64,000 nt of DNA from Candidatus Latescibacterota bacterium. Lineage in GTDB: Bacteria > Latescibacterota > UBA2968 > GCA-2709665. The translations under genes were made by a program, and so were the position numbers. The notes under the pieces were generated by a model. The model was given only the letters and a program-made list of their open reading frames with translations, had not been told where the DNA came from and searched no databases. The number at the start of each line of letters is the position of its first letter. Positions within the stretch are counted from its first letter, which is position 1. The stretch covers positions 1,728,001 to 1,792,000 of the forward strand of contig OZ220733.1 of NCBI GenBank assembly GCA_965116875.1, given 5' to 3'. This document shows positions 27,606 through 37,862 of the stretch, piece after piece.

Positions 27606-30023
27606 CTACTCGTACCGCAACGCGTCCACGGGATTCGCCAGTGCGGCCTTGACTGACTGTGCGCCCACGGTCAGCATTGCGATCCCGAGCGCCAGAACGC
27701 CGCAAAGAATGAAGACCTCGGGTTCAGGATCGATCCGATAGGCGAAATTCTGCAGCCACCTGTTCATCACGTAGTAGGCGACCGGCCACGCCAGCAGATT
27801 GCCAACCAGAACAAGCTTCGCGAATTCACTGGAGAGCAGGAGAGAAAGACTTGAAACCGAGCCCCCAAGGACCTTTCGGATGCCGACCTCCCTGGTTCGT
27901 CGTGTCACGGACAGTGATGCCAGCCCGAGCAGTCCCAGACACGAAATCAGGATCGCGAATAGAAACGTATAACCGGTAACCCTGAACCATCGATCTTCAT
28001 TCCGGTACTGGTTGGCGAGACTATCTTCCAGAAAGGAATAATGAAAGGGCTCGTCAGACGCCACTTTTTCCCACGTCTTCTCAAGAAACGCGATCGTACT
28101 GGCAATGTCCTCGGGCTGGATCCGGATAAGAACGAAGGGTCCGAATGCCCTGGGTCCACTGTGCAATAACAACGGCTGAATCTCCTTGCGCATGGAATCG
28201 AAATGGAAGTCCCTTACAACGCCAGCGATGGACGGTTCTCCCAGGTTCCGCCACGCTAGATTTCTCAAAATCCTCCCAACCGGTTCCGTCCAGGCCAGCA
28301 TCCCAGCCAACTTCTCATTCACAAGCGCATACGATGTAGAATCGGTGGAGGACGCTGGTGGGATATTGCGCCCTGCAACGAGCTGAATTTCCAGGGTCTC
28401 AAGGTAGTCGCGGTCGATCTGGATCACCCGGACATTGAGACGCTCGCCGTTTTCCTTTTCCATGGGTATGATGTTGTACCCGGTTGTAAACGCCCGATCA
28501 CTGATGGTTGCGCTGACAACCCTTGGGGATCTGCCGATTTCCGCCTTGTAACGAGCACTGACAGCGTCTGCATTACTCACCATGGCACGAACAACCACCA
28601 GCTGTTCTTCGCGGTACCCCAAATCCTTGTCTCTTACGTAGCTGAGCTGTCGAAACATCATCGCTGCGCCGATCATCAGTGCGATCGACAGAGCATATTG
28701 TGCGACGCCTAGCGCCCTTGAACCTGCGTTTCGCCTTCCAATCCGCACTTGTCCTTTGAGCACATCAACTGTATGGAGCCCGGGCAGAACCAGAGCCGGA
28801 TAGCTGCCCGCTGCCAGTCCAACGATTAACACCATAACCGACAGCACCAGCGATGTTCCCCAACCGTCCAGGTAGGGGATGCTCAGATTCTTGCGCGCGA
28901 GCCCGTTGAAGACAGGAAGGAACATCTCGGCGAGGGCGACAGCCATCGCCAGGGCAATCAGGCTCAATAGCAAAGCCTCACCCCAAAACTGCCCCATGAG
29001 CTGCACCCGCTGCGCACCCATCGCTTTGCGCATTCCGACTTCCCGAGCGCGTCCTACGGACCGGCCGACTGCCAGGGTCATGTAATTGATACCCGCGATT
29101 GCAAGCACCAGAAGGGCAAGCCCGAAGAGTATATAGGAATAGAATATGTTGCCCGCGGCTTCGTACGAATTGCCTCTGACGTCAGCATTCAGATAAACGT
29201 CCTGTAGCGGCTGGAGGCGTAACAACATCCCACCATCCGTGGGTCCCACTCGACCGTGTTCTTTCAAGAGCCCGATCCTGTCCCCCAGGTGCTTCTTGGC
29301 AAAGGGCGGAAACGCGGCTTCCAGCGACTCGGATTCCTGGGTTTCCATCAATTGTACGTATACAGAGGCACTCCCGCCCGTGCCATCCCTGTTTATTGGA
29401 TAGTTGCCGTGGTACTCAATGGGGATAAGTAAACTGAACCTCAGGCTAGAGGTCTCGGGAACGTCCCGCATCACCCCTGTAACGGCGAATGGCTTGCCCC
29501 CAAGCAGCAACGTTTTATCTAGCGCGGCAGGGTAGCCGCCGTCCAGATTTCCAAAGAACTTGAGGGAAACTGTCTCGCTTATCACGACCCCGTCGAGCCG
29601 CTGGAGGGCCGTCGCAGGGTCTCCAGCCAGGAGCGGAAATGAGAACATCATCAGAAAGTCCGGTTCCACCATGCCGAAGGATTCCTGAAAGAAGATCTTC
29701 TCACGGGATACCTGCGTCCGTGAGCGAATGAACCCGCTCGCCCGCTCGATTCCCGGGAATTCCTCCTTCAGCGATGCTGCAAGAGATGGAGGATGAAGGG
29801 TGGAATATCCGACGCTGCCGTCAGGCCTGGTCTCCCTCACGATCACCCGGAAGATATTGTCAGCATTCTCGTGGAAGGCGTCGTACTGCCACTCATGCCG
29901 GACGTAGAGAAAGATCAGGATGCAACACGCAATGCCGATCGCCAGTCCGAACACGTTGATGAACGCGTACAGCTTCTGTCGGAGCAGGTGCCGCACGGCC
30001 ACGATCAGATAGTTACGGAACAT
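27606..30023 (-). CDS. MacB/FtsX-family ABC exporter permease (duplicated-domain, ~800 aa), paralog 1
   Basis: MFRNYL...INVFGLAIG, REVGMRK, RTREVGIRKVLG, C-terminal ANPVDALRYE. Confidence 0.93.
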   Translation of the reverse strand: MFRNYLIVAVRHLLRQKLYAFINVFGLAIGIACCILIFLYVRHEWQYDAFHENADNIFRVIVRETRPDGSVGYSTLHPPSLAASLKEEFPGIERASGFIRSRTQVSREKIFFQESFGMVEPDFLMMFSFPLLAGDPATALQRLDGVVISETVSLKFFGNLDGGYPAALDKTLLLGGKPFAVTGVMRDVPETSSLRFSLLIPIEYHGNYPINRDGTGGSASVYVQLMETQESESLEAAFPPFAKKHLGDRIGLLKEHGRVGPTDGGMLLRLQPLQDVYLNADVRGNSYEAAGNIFYSYILFGLALLVLAIAGINYMTLAVGRSVGRAREVGMRKAMGAQRVQLMGQFWGEALLLSLIALAMAVALAEMFLPVFNGLARKNLSIPYLDGWGTSLVLSVMVLIVGLAAGSYPALVLPGLHTVDVLKGQVRIGRRNAGSRALGVAQYALSIALMIGAAMMFRQLSYVRDKDLGYREEQLVVVRAMVSNADAVSARYKAEIGRSPRVVSATISDRAFTTGYNIIPMEKENGERLNVRVIQIDRDYLETLEIQLVAGRNIPPASSTDSTSYALVNEKLAGMLAWTEPVGRILRNLAWRNLGEPSIAGVVRDFHFDSMRKEIQPLLLHSGPRAFGPFVLIRIQPEDIASTIAFLEKTWEKVASDEPFHYSFLEDSLANQYRNEDRWFRVTGYTFLFAILISCLGLLGLASLSVTRRTREVGIRKVLGGSVSSLSLLLSSEFAKLVLVGNLLAWPVAYYVMNRWLQNFAYRIDPEPEVFILCGVLALGIAMLTVGAQSVKAALANPVDALRYE

Positions 30024-30358
30024 TCAGATTCCTCAAGGACCCTGAGTCACATCTGTCCAAAATCGTCGTTTCCGGTTTATTTCGTGTCGGGCCTTGAATC
30101 TTCTCCTTACCGGTCGCCGCAGGATCTGGTAAGACTCGGTAGTCCCCACACCGGAAACGAGCCCCCTCCGTCCGAAGGCAATCGGCCTGGGGGGCACCCT
30201 TCGACAGGCTCAGCACAGGCAACGAACGTCATTGAGCCTGCACCCTGAGGCTGTGGCTCTTGCGTCGCGCCCTGAGCCGCTCCCTGAGCTTGTCGAAGGG
30301 TCGGCGAAGGATTGTGCATCGGTGTCGATCTATTTCCGCGACGGGTCATTGATCCCAG

Positions 30359-31048
30359 CTAGTTCGGCGCTTGTTCCTTGATGTTCTCCGATACGACGTG
30401 GCCGTCGAACAGGTGAACCACGCGGTGCGCGAATCCCGCGTCGTGTGCCTTGTGCGTGACCATGACGATCGTCGTTCCGTTCTTGTTCAGTTCGGTCAGC
30501 AGTCCCATTACCTCGTTGCCGTTGGCGGAGTCCAGGTTCCCCGTAGGCTCGTCCGCAAGGATGATCTTCGGATTCGAGATGACCGCCCGCGCCACGGCCA
30601 CGCGCTGCTGCTGTCCGCCCGACAACTGCTGCGGGAAGTGCTTCTCGCGGTGCTTGATGCCCATATACTCCATGGATTCGTCCACGCGCTTCCTGCGTTC
30701 TTTGGACGGCATCTTCAGGTACAGGAGCGGCAGTTCGATATTTTCGGCCACGGTCAGTTCGTCGATCAGATTGAAGCTCTGAAACACAAAGCCGATATTC
30801 TCTTTCCGGGTATCGGCTCTCTGCCGCTCCGTGTGTCCGGAGACCTCCACGTCATTCAGGAAGTATTCTCCATCGGTCGGGTTATCCAGCAGCCCCAGTA
30901 CGTTCAGCAGTGTGGACTTGCCGCAACCCGACGGCCCCATCACAGCCACGAACTCGCCTTCGCTGATCTCCAGGTTGACGTTGCGCAGCGCGGTCGTTTC
31001 GACTTCTTCCGTTCGGTAAACCTTCTGTAAATCGACCGTTTTGATCAT
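30359..31048 (-). CDS. ABC transporter ATP-binding protein (MacB/LolD type)
   Basis: GPSGCGKS, LSGGQQQR, ILADEPTGNLD, VTH; start MIKTVDL after AGGAG. Confidence 0.95.
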   Translation of the reverse strand: MIKTVDLQKVYRTEEVETTALRNVNLEISEGEFVAVMGPSGCGKSTLLNVLGLLDNPTDGEYFLNDVEVSGHTERQRADTRKENIGFVFQSFNLIDELTVAENIELPLLYLKMPSKERRKRVDESMEYMGIKHREKHFPQQLSGGQQQRVAVARAVISNPKIILADEPTGNLDSANGNEVMGLLTELNKNGTTIVMVTHKAHDAGFAHRVVHLFDGHVVSENIKEQAPN

Positions 31049-31067
31049 CGCGAGACTCCTTATGAAA

Positions 31068-31395
31068 GGGTAGACGTTAGACGGGAGACGGTAGATGAAA
31101 TGAGTGCCTGTTCGGTCTGTTAACCATATCGACAATTTATACGTAATCGGCACAAGTCATGATTGATATACTTTCTGTCAGTCCTGGCAGTAACGCGATG
31201 TGGCAGAGTTCCATCATCGCGTTCAGGCTCTATCCTTTTTGACCCGCCACTGGACGAGGTAGCGAGGTTCTTTCTCCTACGTCTTACCGAGGTTTGAGAT
31301 GACCCGCCTTGTAGGGCCTCAATTTATGCCGGAGGCATTAAGGTAGAACAAATCGGCAAAGATCTCATCTTCCGTCTACCCTCTCCCGTCTCACC
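31068..31395. repeat. Expanded E-family element between hlyD-like gene and ATPase
   Basis: GTAGACGTTAGACGGGAGACGGTAG...TGCCGGAGGCA...CGTCTACCCTCTCCCGTCTCACCG; the arm includes the upstream gene's stop. Confidence 0.65.
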
Positions 31396-32845
31396 GCTGT
31401 AGAACCAGCTTATCGATTTCCTCATAGTTCTCATACGACGAGGTCACGACGCGCTCTCCCGGCGCCAGACCCTCGAGCACTTCGAAATACTCCGGGTTCT
31501 GGCGTCCGATACGGACATCGCGCCGCACGGCCAGATCTCCCTCCACCACGAAGACCCAGTTGCCGCCGGTGGTCTGATAGAATCCGCCCCTCGGCAACAG
31601 CAGCGCTTCTTCCGGCGCGTCCAGCTCCAGTCGAATCTGCTCCGTCTGTCCGCGGCGGATGCTTCGAGGCGCTTTGCCCACGAAAACCATGTCGACCTCG
31701 AACTGCCCCTCCTTCACCTCGGGAAAGACCCGGCGGATTTTCAACTCGAAGATCTCGTCGTCGATATCGATGGTCCCCCTGAGCCCCGTTGTAATCCTCG
31801 TGATGTAGAACTCATCGATGGCCGCGCGCATCTTGTACGCGTCCAGAACGTCGACCTGACCGATGCTGGTTCCCTTCCCGATCAACTTGCCGATCTCGGC
31901 GTTGAGTTGCGACAACTGACCGCCGATCGGCGCGCGGACGGTCAGGTTTCTCAACGGACGGCGCACGTCATCCAGTTGAAGCTGCAGGCTCTGTGCGCGC
32001 TTCTGCAGGGCCGCGAGTTCATTGGCGCGATACATGGAGTCGCGGCGAATGGTCTCCACCATGAACACCTTGAGTTTCTGCGCGTGTTCGTACTTTTCTC
32101 TTGCCTCGTTGAATTTGTCTCGCGAGGCGAGGTTGTTCTCGAACAGCGCTTTCTCTTTCCGGAAGTCGCGTTCCGACTTCTGAAGTTCCAGTTCGATATC
32201 CATCAGGGAGCGCTTGCGCTCGATATCCTGGATCTCCTGGTTCAGACGGGTGTTTTCCATCCTGTTGATCTGCTCGAACAGCTGTGCCTCCTGGCTCAAC
32301 ACGGTCTGTTCCAGCGTGGGGTTCGACATCCGCAGGATTGGCGTGCCCTGGTCGACCATCGCTCCCACTTCCAGGTAAATCTCTTCCACCTGCCCGCCCT
32401 CCAGTGCATCCAGGTAGTGCGTCTGAATGGGCATCACCGTTCCGCGCTGCGGGATGAACTCCTGGAAGGGACCGATGGTGACTTCGGATATCGTGATTCG
32501 CTCCGCCTGCACGTTCAGCCTGGCGCTGTGGTCGCCGAAAATGGCCATATAGAACACCAGCCCCACAAAACCCGCGACCGCCCCCGCGGTGATGATGCGC
32601 TTCGGCGTCCACAGCTTCTTCTCGATCCTGCGGTCCATCCCGCCGGATGGCGTCTCCCGTTCAGACGCGGAGGCGCCCGGATTCACGAAACCGGGAACAG
32701 GTTTGTCTCCACCAACGGAGTCCGCCGGACCTTGAGACGCCTCCCGATCGGAACCCTGCCGATCGGACGCCGCACCGGTGCGATTCAGCCGCAGCACGCG
32801 TCCCTTGTCCTTTTTCGGTTTTTGCTCTTCCATCGTTTGACTCAA
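31391..32845 (-). CDS. HlyD-family efflux periplasmic adaptor (membrane fusion protein)
   Basis: GMDRRIEKK, single TM helix, EGGQVEEI lipoyl half, coiled coil, LLPRGGFYQTTGG, VLEGLAPGERVV. Confidence 0.92.
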   Translation of the reverse strand: MSQTMEEQKPKKDKGRVLRLNRTGAASDRQGSDREASQGPADSVGGDKPVPGFVNPGASASERETPSGGMDRRIEKKLWTPKRIITAGAVAGFVGLVFYMAIFGDHSARLNVQAERITISEVTIGPFQEFIPQRGTVMPIQTHYLDALEGGQVEEIYLEVGAMVDQGTPILRMSNPTLEQTVLSQEAQLFEQINRMENTRLNQEIQDIERKRSLMDIELELQKSERDFRKEKALFENNLASRDKFNEAREKYEHAQKLKVFMVETIRRDSMYRANELAALQKRAQSLQLQLDDVRRPLRNLTVRAPIGGQLSQLNAEIGKLIGKGTSIGQVDVLDAYKMRAAIDEFYITRITTGLRGTIDIDDEIFELKIRRVFPEVKEGQFEVDMVFVGKAPRSIRRGQTEQIRLELDAPEEALLLPRGGFYQTTGGNWVFVVEGDLAVRRDVRIGRQNPEYFEVLEGLAPGERVVTSSYENYEEIDKLVLQR

Positions 32846-32893
32846 CGTCCTCTGAAACGCCGACCTCCAGCACTGCCGGATTTCAGGCCGCCG

Positions 32894-33505
32894 CTATGCG
32901 CTCCTCTCCATTCCCTGCCGCTCGACCTCCCGCCTCAACCCCTGCCGCCCCCTGTACATCCAGACCTTCAGCGTTCCCATCGGTACCTGCAATTCCTCGG
33001 CGATCTCATCGTAGGACCGATCCATAAGATAATGCAGACAGACCGCCTCGCGGTGACGTTCCGGCAGCGCATGGATGCTCCCCTTCACGATTTCCCCGCG
33101 TTCCTTTCGGACCATCGCCATTTCGGGATCTTCGCCAGCCGCCGGCAGCCAGCGCGCCTGGATCGCGGGCGCGGCATCCTCAAGGTCGTGCAACCAGGTC
33201 TTCCGCTTTTTCAATGAACGCAGATGATTCGTAGACTCATTCAAAGCGATGCGCGTGAGCCACGTGGTGAATGCAGCATGCCCGCGAAATCCGGCCAGCC
33301 CCAGAAAGGCCTTGATAAAGACCATTTGAACCAGATCCTCGGTCTCGTCCGGGTTCTCGGAATCCCGGCGCACAATTGCACACACCCGGTCGCGGTGCGC
33401 CCTGTAAAGGTACGTATAGGCCCACTCGTCACCTGAAAGCGCCCGATCGATCAACTCCGCGTCGGTTTCAGGCGCGACGTCCAGGTTCCTGCAATCACAT
33501 TTCAT
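32894..33505 (-). CDS. ECF RNA polymerase sigma factor
   Basis: EDLVQMVFIKAF, FTTWLTRIALN (region 2); SYDEIAEELQVPMGTLK (region 4). Confidence 0.9.
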   Translation of the reverse strand: MKCDCRNLDVAPETDAELIDRALSGDEWAYTYLYRAHRDRVCAIVRRDSENPDETEDLVQMVFIKAFLGLAGFRGHAAFTTWLTRIALNESTNHLRSLKKRKTWLHDLEDAAPAIQARWLPAAGEDPEMAMVRKERGEIVKGSIHALPERHREAVCLHYLMDRSYDEIAEELQVPMGTLKVWMYRGRQGLRREVERQGMERSA

Positions 33506-33575
33506 CTCATCGGAAATTGTATACACTCCTTCTTGTATCGAATTTACGGAATTTGACGACCTGGCGGATTTATAA

Positions 33576-33692
33576 AGCGACAACCGTGCCAACAACCATT
33601 TCTATATATTTTTCAACTATTTAGCGCTATTCCTCCCGAGAGCGTGACAAACAAGTGTTCGTTTTTGATACACTAATGTCCGAAAACGAACA
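33576..33692 (-). promoter_or_regulatory. Sigma54 promoter (TGGCACGGTTGTCGCT) with AT-rich IHF-like tract and two TGT-N10/11-ACA enhancer boxes
   Basis: GG-N10-GC at 33576-33591; boxes at 33656-33672 and 33677-33692. Confidence 0.75.
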
Positions 33693-33718
33693 GTTTGACG
33701 ATACCGGCAGAGCAAGTT

Positions 33719-36067
33719 TCACTCCGTACGCAGCGCATCCACCGGATTCGCCCACGCGGCCCGGATGGCCTGAAAGCTCACGGTCAGCAGCACGGCCAGA
33801 AGCACGAACGCACCGCCCAATGCAAAGGTCGGAATATCCGGGTCACTACGGTACGCGAAATCCTGCAGCCATCGATCCGTCGCATAGTACGCCGCGGGGA
33901 AAGCAATGAGACTCGCAATGACAACAAGCTTAACGAAGTCCCTGGATAACAGGGCGACGATTCCGGAACCACGAGCGCCCAGGACCCGCCGGATCCCGAT
34001 CTCCCGGGTCCGCCTGGCCACTGCAAGGGCTGTGAGTCCGAACGCACCGAGGCATGCGATGAAGACCGCAAGCAGCGCCGCGTACCCCACGATCCGGTTC
34101 CATCGCTCTTCGTTCCTGTATTGGGCGTCTACTTGATCGTCAAGAAACGAATAATGAAACGCGTTGCCCGGCGCCACCTTCCGCCACTTCTCCTCCAGGA
34201 AGGCCAACGCAGCGGAGACGTTCTCAGCACGGATCCTGACAAGCATGTTTCGAGACGCACGTGGAATGAAGGACAATACCATGGGTCCGATCGTCTCGTG
34301 CAAAGAGCAAAAATGGAAGTCGTTGACTACACCGATTACGGTGAAGTCCCGGTTGTTTCTGCGCAGTATCCTGCCCGCGACCGCTCCCTTCCATCCGAAA
34401 CGGCGGACAAGGGTCTCGTTGACGATCAGGGACCGCGATGAACCCCGCCTCACCGGATCGAAATCGGCCCCTTCCACGAGTCTGACGCCCATGGTCTCCA
34501 GGAAATTGTGGCCGACTCTGACATCTTCGACATCGATTTTTTCGCCTTCATATTCTACGATATCATGGTGCTGCGTCCTGTTGCTCAGCATGTGACCTGT
34601 CGTTGTTACCCCTTGTATCAGATGGTGCCGTATCAATTCGTTCCTGTACACCTCGTGCAGTTGTAAATCCGGCCGCCGCGGATCAATTGCCTGGATGCTC
34701 ACAAGATGTTCACTATCAAACCCCAGCGGTTTCGTCCTCAGGTACTCCACTTGCCGAACCATCACCAGCGCACTGACAACCAGGAAAATGGAAAGCGCGA
34801 ATTGCAATATCACGAGCGCCCGGCCGAGACGGTTCGTCCCTCCCTGCATGCTACGGCCTTTCAAAGCCACGGCGGGCTGGGCGGCTGACAGCACGAAGGC
34901 CGGGTAGCCGCCCGCCGCGAGTCCGACGGTCACAGCCAGTCCGATAAGAAAGGCCACGCCCGCGCCGTCCGCCTGATCGCCCAGGGAGAGGTCCTTGACC
35001 ACAGCGCTATTGAAAACCGGAAGGAAGAGTTCCGCGACACACACCCCGGCAACCAGCGCCAAAACGCTTAATGCCATCGATTCTCCAAGGAATTGCGTCA
35101 CCAGCTGTTTCCGTGATGCGCCTGTCACCTTTCGCATCGCCATCTCCCGGTCGCGAGAAAACGACCGGCCCACGGCGAGGGTAATGAAGTTCACGCAAGC
35201 AATCGTCAGGACGAGGAAGGCGATACCGAGAAGAATATATGAAAGCGCCGGATTTCCTGCTCCGGCGGGTCCCCGCTTACTCCGGTTGAGATGCATCTCC
35301 AGCAGCGGCTGCAAGCCCACTGACTCGTCCCACCGTTCTCCCCGTCGTGTCTTCAGTACCTTCGAAAGCGAATCTTCCACTTCTGCCGGACGCACGTGTT
35401 CCGGTAGAAATGCAAACGTCTGGATTGCGCTCATGGACCATGACGGTCCTATCGACTTGCTTCTGGCGGCAAACGGGTACAGAAAATCGAAACGGATGCT
35501 GGAGTTCCCGGGAATGGATTTCGCGATCCCGGTGATAACGAAATCCCGCACCACCGGCGGTCGTCCGAAAAATTCGAGCGTAAGTGCTTTTCCGATAGGA
35601 TCTTCGTCCCCGAAATATTCCCGCGAAGCGACCTCGGTGACGACAAGAGAGTATGGATCATTCAAGACCGTCATCGGGTCTCCTCGCAACAGGGGAAAAG
35701 TGAACACATCCAGAATCGCCGGGTCGGCAGCTCTGAAACTTGCGTGTATTTTCCGATCCTGATACTTCGCGGACAATACGCCCCCAGGCCCAACCCTGGC
35801 GGTCCGAGCGCCCGGAATCGCCGCCTCCAGCGCCGGGCCAAGGGGGGCGGGGGTCATGCTCCTCGCGCCTGTACGATCAACGATATAGGCCCGATAGATT
35901 CGATCCGCGTTCTCGTGGAATGTGTCGTACGTCCACTCGTTCCGTACGTACAGGAACGTCAGAATGCAAAATGCGATCCCGATCGACAGGCCCGCCACGT
36001 TGATCAGGGAATAAACCTTGTGCCGCATGAGATTGCGATACGCAACGATCAGGTAATTTCTGAGCAT
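33719..36067 (-). CDS. MacB/FtsX-family ABC permease, paralog 2
   Basis: Same architecture as paralog 1; ends ANPVDALRTE. Confidence 0.93.
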   Translation of the reverse strand: MLRNYLIVAYRNLMRHKVYSLINVAGLSIGIAFCILTFLYVRNEWTYDTFHENADRIYRAYIVDRTGARSMTPAPLGPALEAAIPGARTARVGPGGVLSAKYQDRKIHASFRAADPAILDVFTFPLLRGDPMTVLNDPYSLVVTEVASREYFGDEDPIGKALTLEFFGRPPVVRDFVITGIAKSIPGNSSIRFDFLYPFAARSKSIGPSWSMSAIQTFAFLPEHVRPAEVEDSLSKVLKTRRGERWDESVGLQPLLEMHLNRSKRGPAGAGNPALSYILLGIAFLVLTIACVNFITLAVGRSFSRDREMAMRKVTGASRKQLVTQFLGESMALSVLALVAGVCVAELFLPVFNSAVVKDLSLGDQADGAGVAFLIGLAVTVGLAAGGYPAFVLSAAQPAVALKGRSMQGGTNRLGRALVILQFALSIFLVVSALVMVRQVEYLRTKPLGFDSEHLVSIQAIDPRRPDLQLHEVYRNELIRHHLIQGVTTTGHMLSNRTQHHDIVEYEGEKIDVEDVRVGHNFLETMGVRLVEGADFDPVRRGSSRSLIVNETLVRRFGWKGAVAGRILRRNNRDFTVIGVVNDFHFCSLHETIGPMVLSFIPRASRNMLVRIRAENVSAALAFLEEKWRKVAPGNAFHYSFLDDQVDAQYRNEERWNRIVGYAALLAVFIACLGAFGLTALAVARRTREIGIRRVLGARGSGIVALLSRDFVKLVVIASLIAFPAAYYATDRWLQDFAYRSDPDIPTFALGGAFVLLAVLLTVSFQAIRAAWANPVDALRTE

Positions 36068-36238
36068 GGGTCCCGTACCTTTATGGGAGTGATGCGGACG
36101 TGAAACGAGCCGTTGCGTTCATTTTCACTTATTTTGTAGTGACGTTCAGGAAGCGGGTGTGAAGGTGGGACGGACGTTCCTGTCTGCCCACATCGGCGCG
36201 CGACCCTGGCCGCACTCCGGTCTCGTAACGCTTTCGGC

Positions 36239-36630
36239 TTATCGCGCCTTCAGTCGAATCGATCCGTTCACGGTTTTCAGGTGAATCAGTTCCCCGCCGC
36301 CGTTGATGACGCCGTCGTCGGATTCAGGCGCGACGTCCAGGTTCCTGCATTCACATTTCATCTCATCGGAAATTGTATACACTCCTTCTTGTATCGAATT
36401 TGCGTATTTTGACGACCTCGCGGATTGATAAAGCGACAACCGTGCCAACAATCATTTCTATATATTTTTCAACTATTTAGCGCTATTCCTCACAAGAGCG
36501 CGACAAACAAGTGTTCGTTTTTGATACACTAATGTCCGAAAACGAACAGTGTCGGCGATACTGACAGAGCAAGTTTCACTCCGTACGCAGCGCATCCACC
36601 GGATTCGCCCACGCCGCCCGGATGGCCTGG
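36239..36630 (-). pseudogene. Chimeric duplication remnant: permease 3' tail + sigma54 promoter + ECF sigma 5' end fused to DUF4097 3' end
   Basis: 36320-36630 is a near-copy of ~33465-33772; 36239-36318 is a near-copy of 37863-37942. Confidence 0.85.
36432..36548 (-). promoter_or_regulatory. Second copy of the sigma54 promoter plus enhancer boxes
   Basis: TGGCACGGTTGTCGCT at 36432-36447; boxes at 36512-36548. Confidence 0.75.
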
Positions 36631-36660
36631 AGCGCGATGGCGTGTCAGCTCACTTCGTGT

Positions 36661-37572
36661 TTATTGAGCCATCAGCCGCTCAATGGCTTCGTCCAATATC
36701 CTGTGCGTCGTGGGGCTGCCTCCAACCTGATCGTATACCACCTCTCCGCTTGGATTGATGATGACGTTTCTGGGAAGCGCATTCCCGAAAATTTCTATAA
36801 CCGTTTCGTTGTACAGTGCCTGGGTGTATGCAAAATTGCGACTTTCGAGGAACCGCGAAAGGTCTTCTCTTTTATCGGTCGCAATGGCAAGGAATGAAAT
36901 ACGGTCATTGCCGCTGAATTTCTCTACCAGTTCATTCAACCCGGGCATCTCGGCAATACACGGCGAACAGGTGGTGGCCCACCAGTTGATCACCACGAAT
37001 TCGCCTCTCAGATCCGCGATTGCCAGAGAATCGCCGTTGAGAAGCTGTACCCGGAAGTCCGGGATTTGAGTCTGCCACTTCAGCCGATTATCGTCGGCCT
37101 CGCCTGATTCGTCTCCTCGAACCGAAGCGGAATACGTTTGGTCTTCCTGTCTGTATAACAGCAGTCCGTGGGAGAGTATGACCCGGATCTCGACGTTGAC
37201 GGTTCCCTGAGTTGCGCCAAGTGTCTTCAGGTCAACCGATCCGCTGTAGAAGTCCGAATCGCCCCGCTTCATTGATCCGGTGGTCATCCTGACGTTTCCT
37301 ATATTGTCAAGGCCAGCCACCCAGAACCGGTCCTTGCTCTTGCCATCCTTCCCCCAGACGACAACCACGGATCCTGTAGCGCCTTCCACGTTGATCTGCG
37401 CCTGCTTTATATCGGTCCAGGAAAGTCGGTTCAAAGGCGAGATTTCTGGTGCACCGTCCACGAAAAAGGATGCGAAAAACGTCTCCGGCTTCTCGGCAGC
37501 CCGGGTCTCACCGTCGTGGAGGGTCAGCGCGAGCAGGGAGCAGATGCCAACCACCAGTACCGTTCTGACCAT
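36661..37572 (-). CDS. Secreted TlpA-family thiol:disulfide redoxin with N-terminal extension
   Basis: Signal-like MVRTVLVVGICSLLAL; VVINWWATTCSPCIAEMP; cis-Pro ALPRNVII. Confidence 0.85.
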   Translation of the reverse strand: MVRTVLVVGICSLLALTLHDGETRAAEKPETFFASFFVDGAPEISPLNRLSWTDIKQAQINVEGATGSVVVVWGKDGKSKDRFWVAGLDNIGNVRMTTGSMKRGDSDFYSGSVDLKTLGATQGTVNVEIRVILSHGLLLYRQEDQTYSASVRGDESGEADDNRLKWQTQIPDFRVQLLNGDSLAIADLRGEFVVINWWATTCSPCIAEMPGLNELVEKFSGNDRISFLAIATDKREDLSRFLESRNFAYTQALYNETVIEIFGNALPRNVIINPSGEVVYDQVGGSPTTHRILDEAIERLMAQ

Positions 37573-37862
37573 GATATATCCCCTTACGTAGCGTTTAGCC
37601 TCAATTCCGCAAGAGCCGCAACGCGGCACCGCGACGAAACCTTTCGAAACGGGCCGAAATGGTCGTCATGAAGGACATTTTTTCCGTTCACGTACAGTGT
37701 CCTGGTGTATCCTGGAAATCAGCAGTTTAATCGCCTTTATTAACTCGCACATATTCGAATTAACATCCCCGAAAAATGATGAATCAAGGTTAGAGACGTC
37801 TATCAAGAAAGCAATCGTTATGACGGCGCCGGAAGCACTACCGAAGGCCGGACGCTTCCGAC

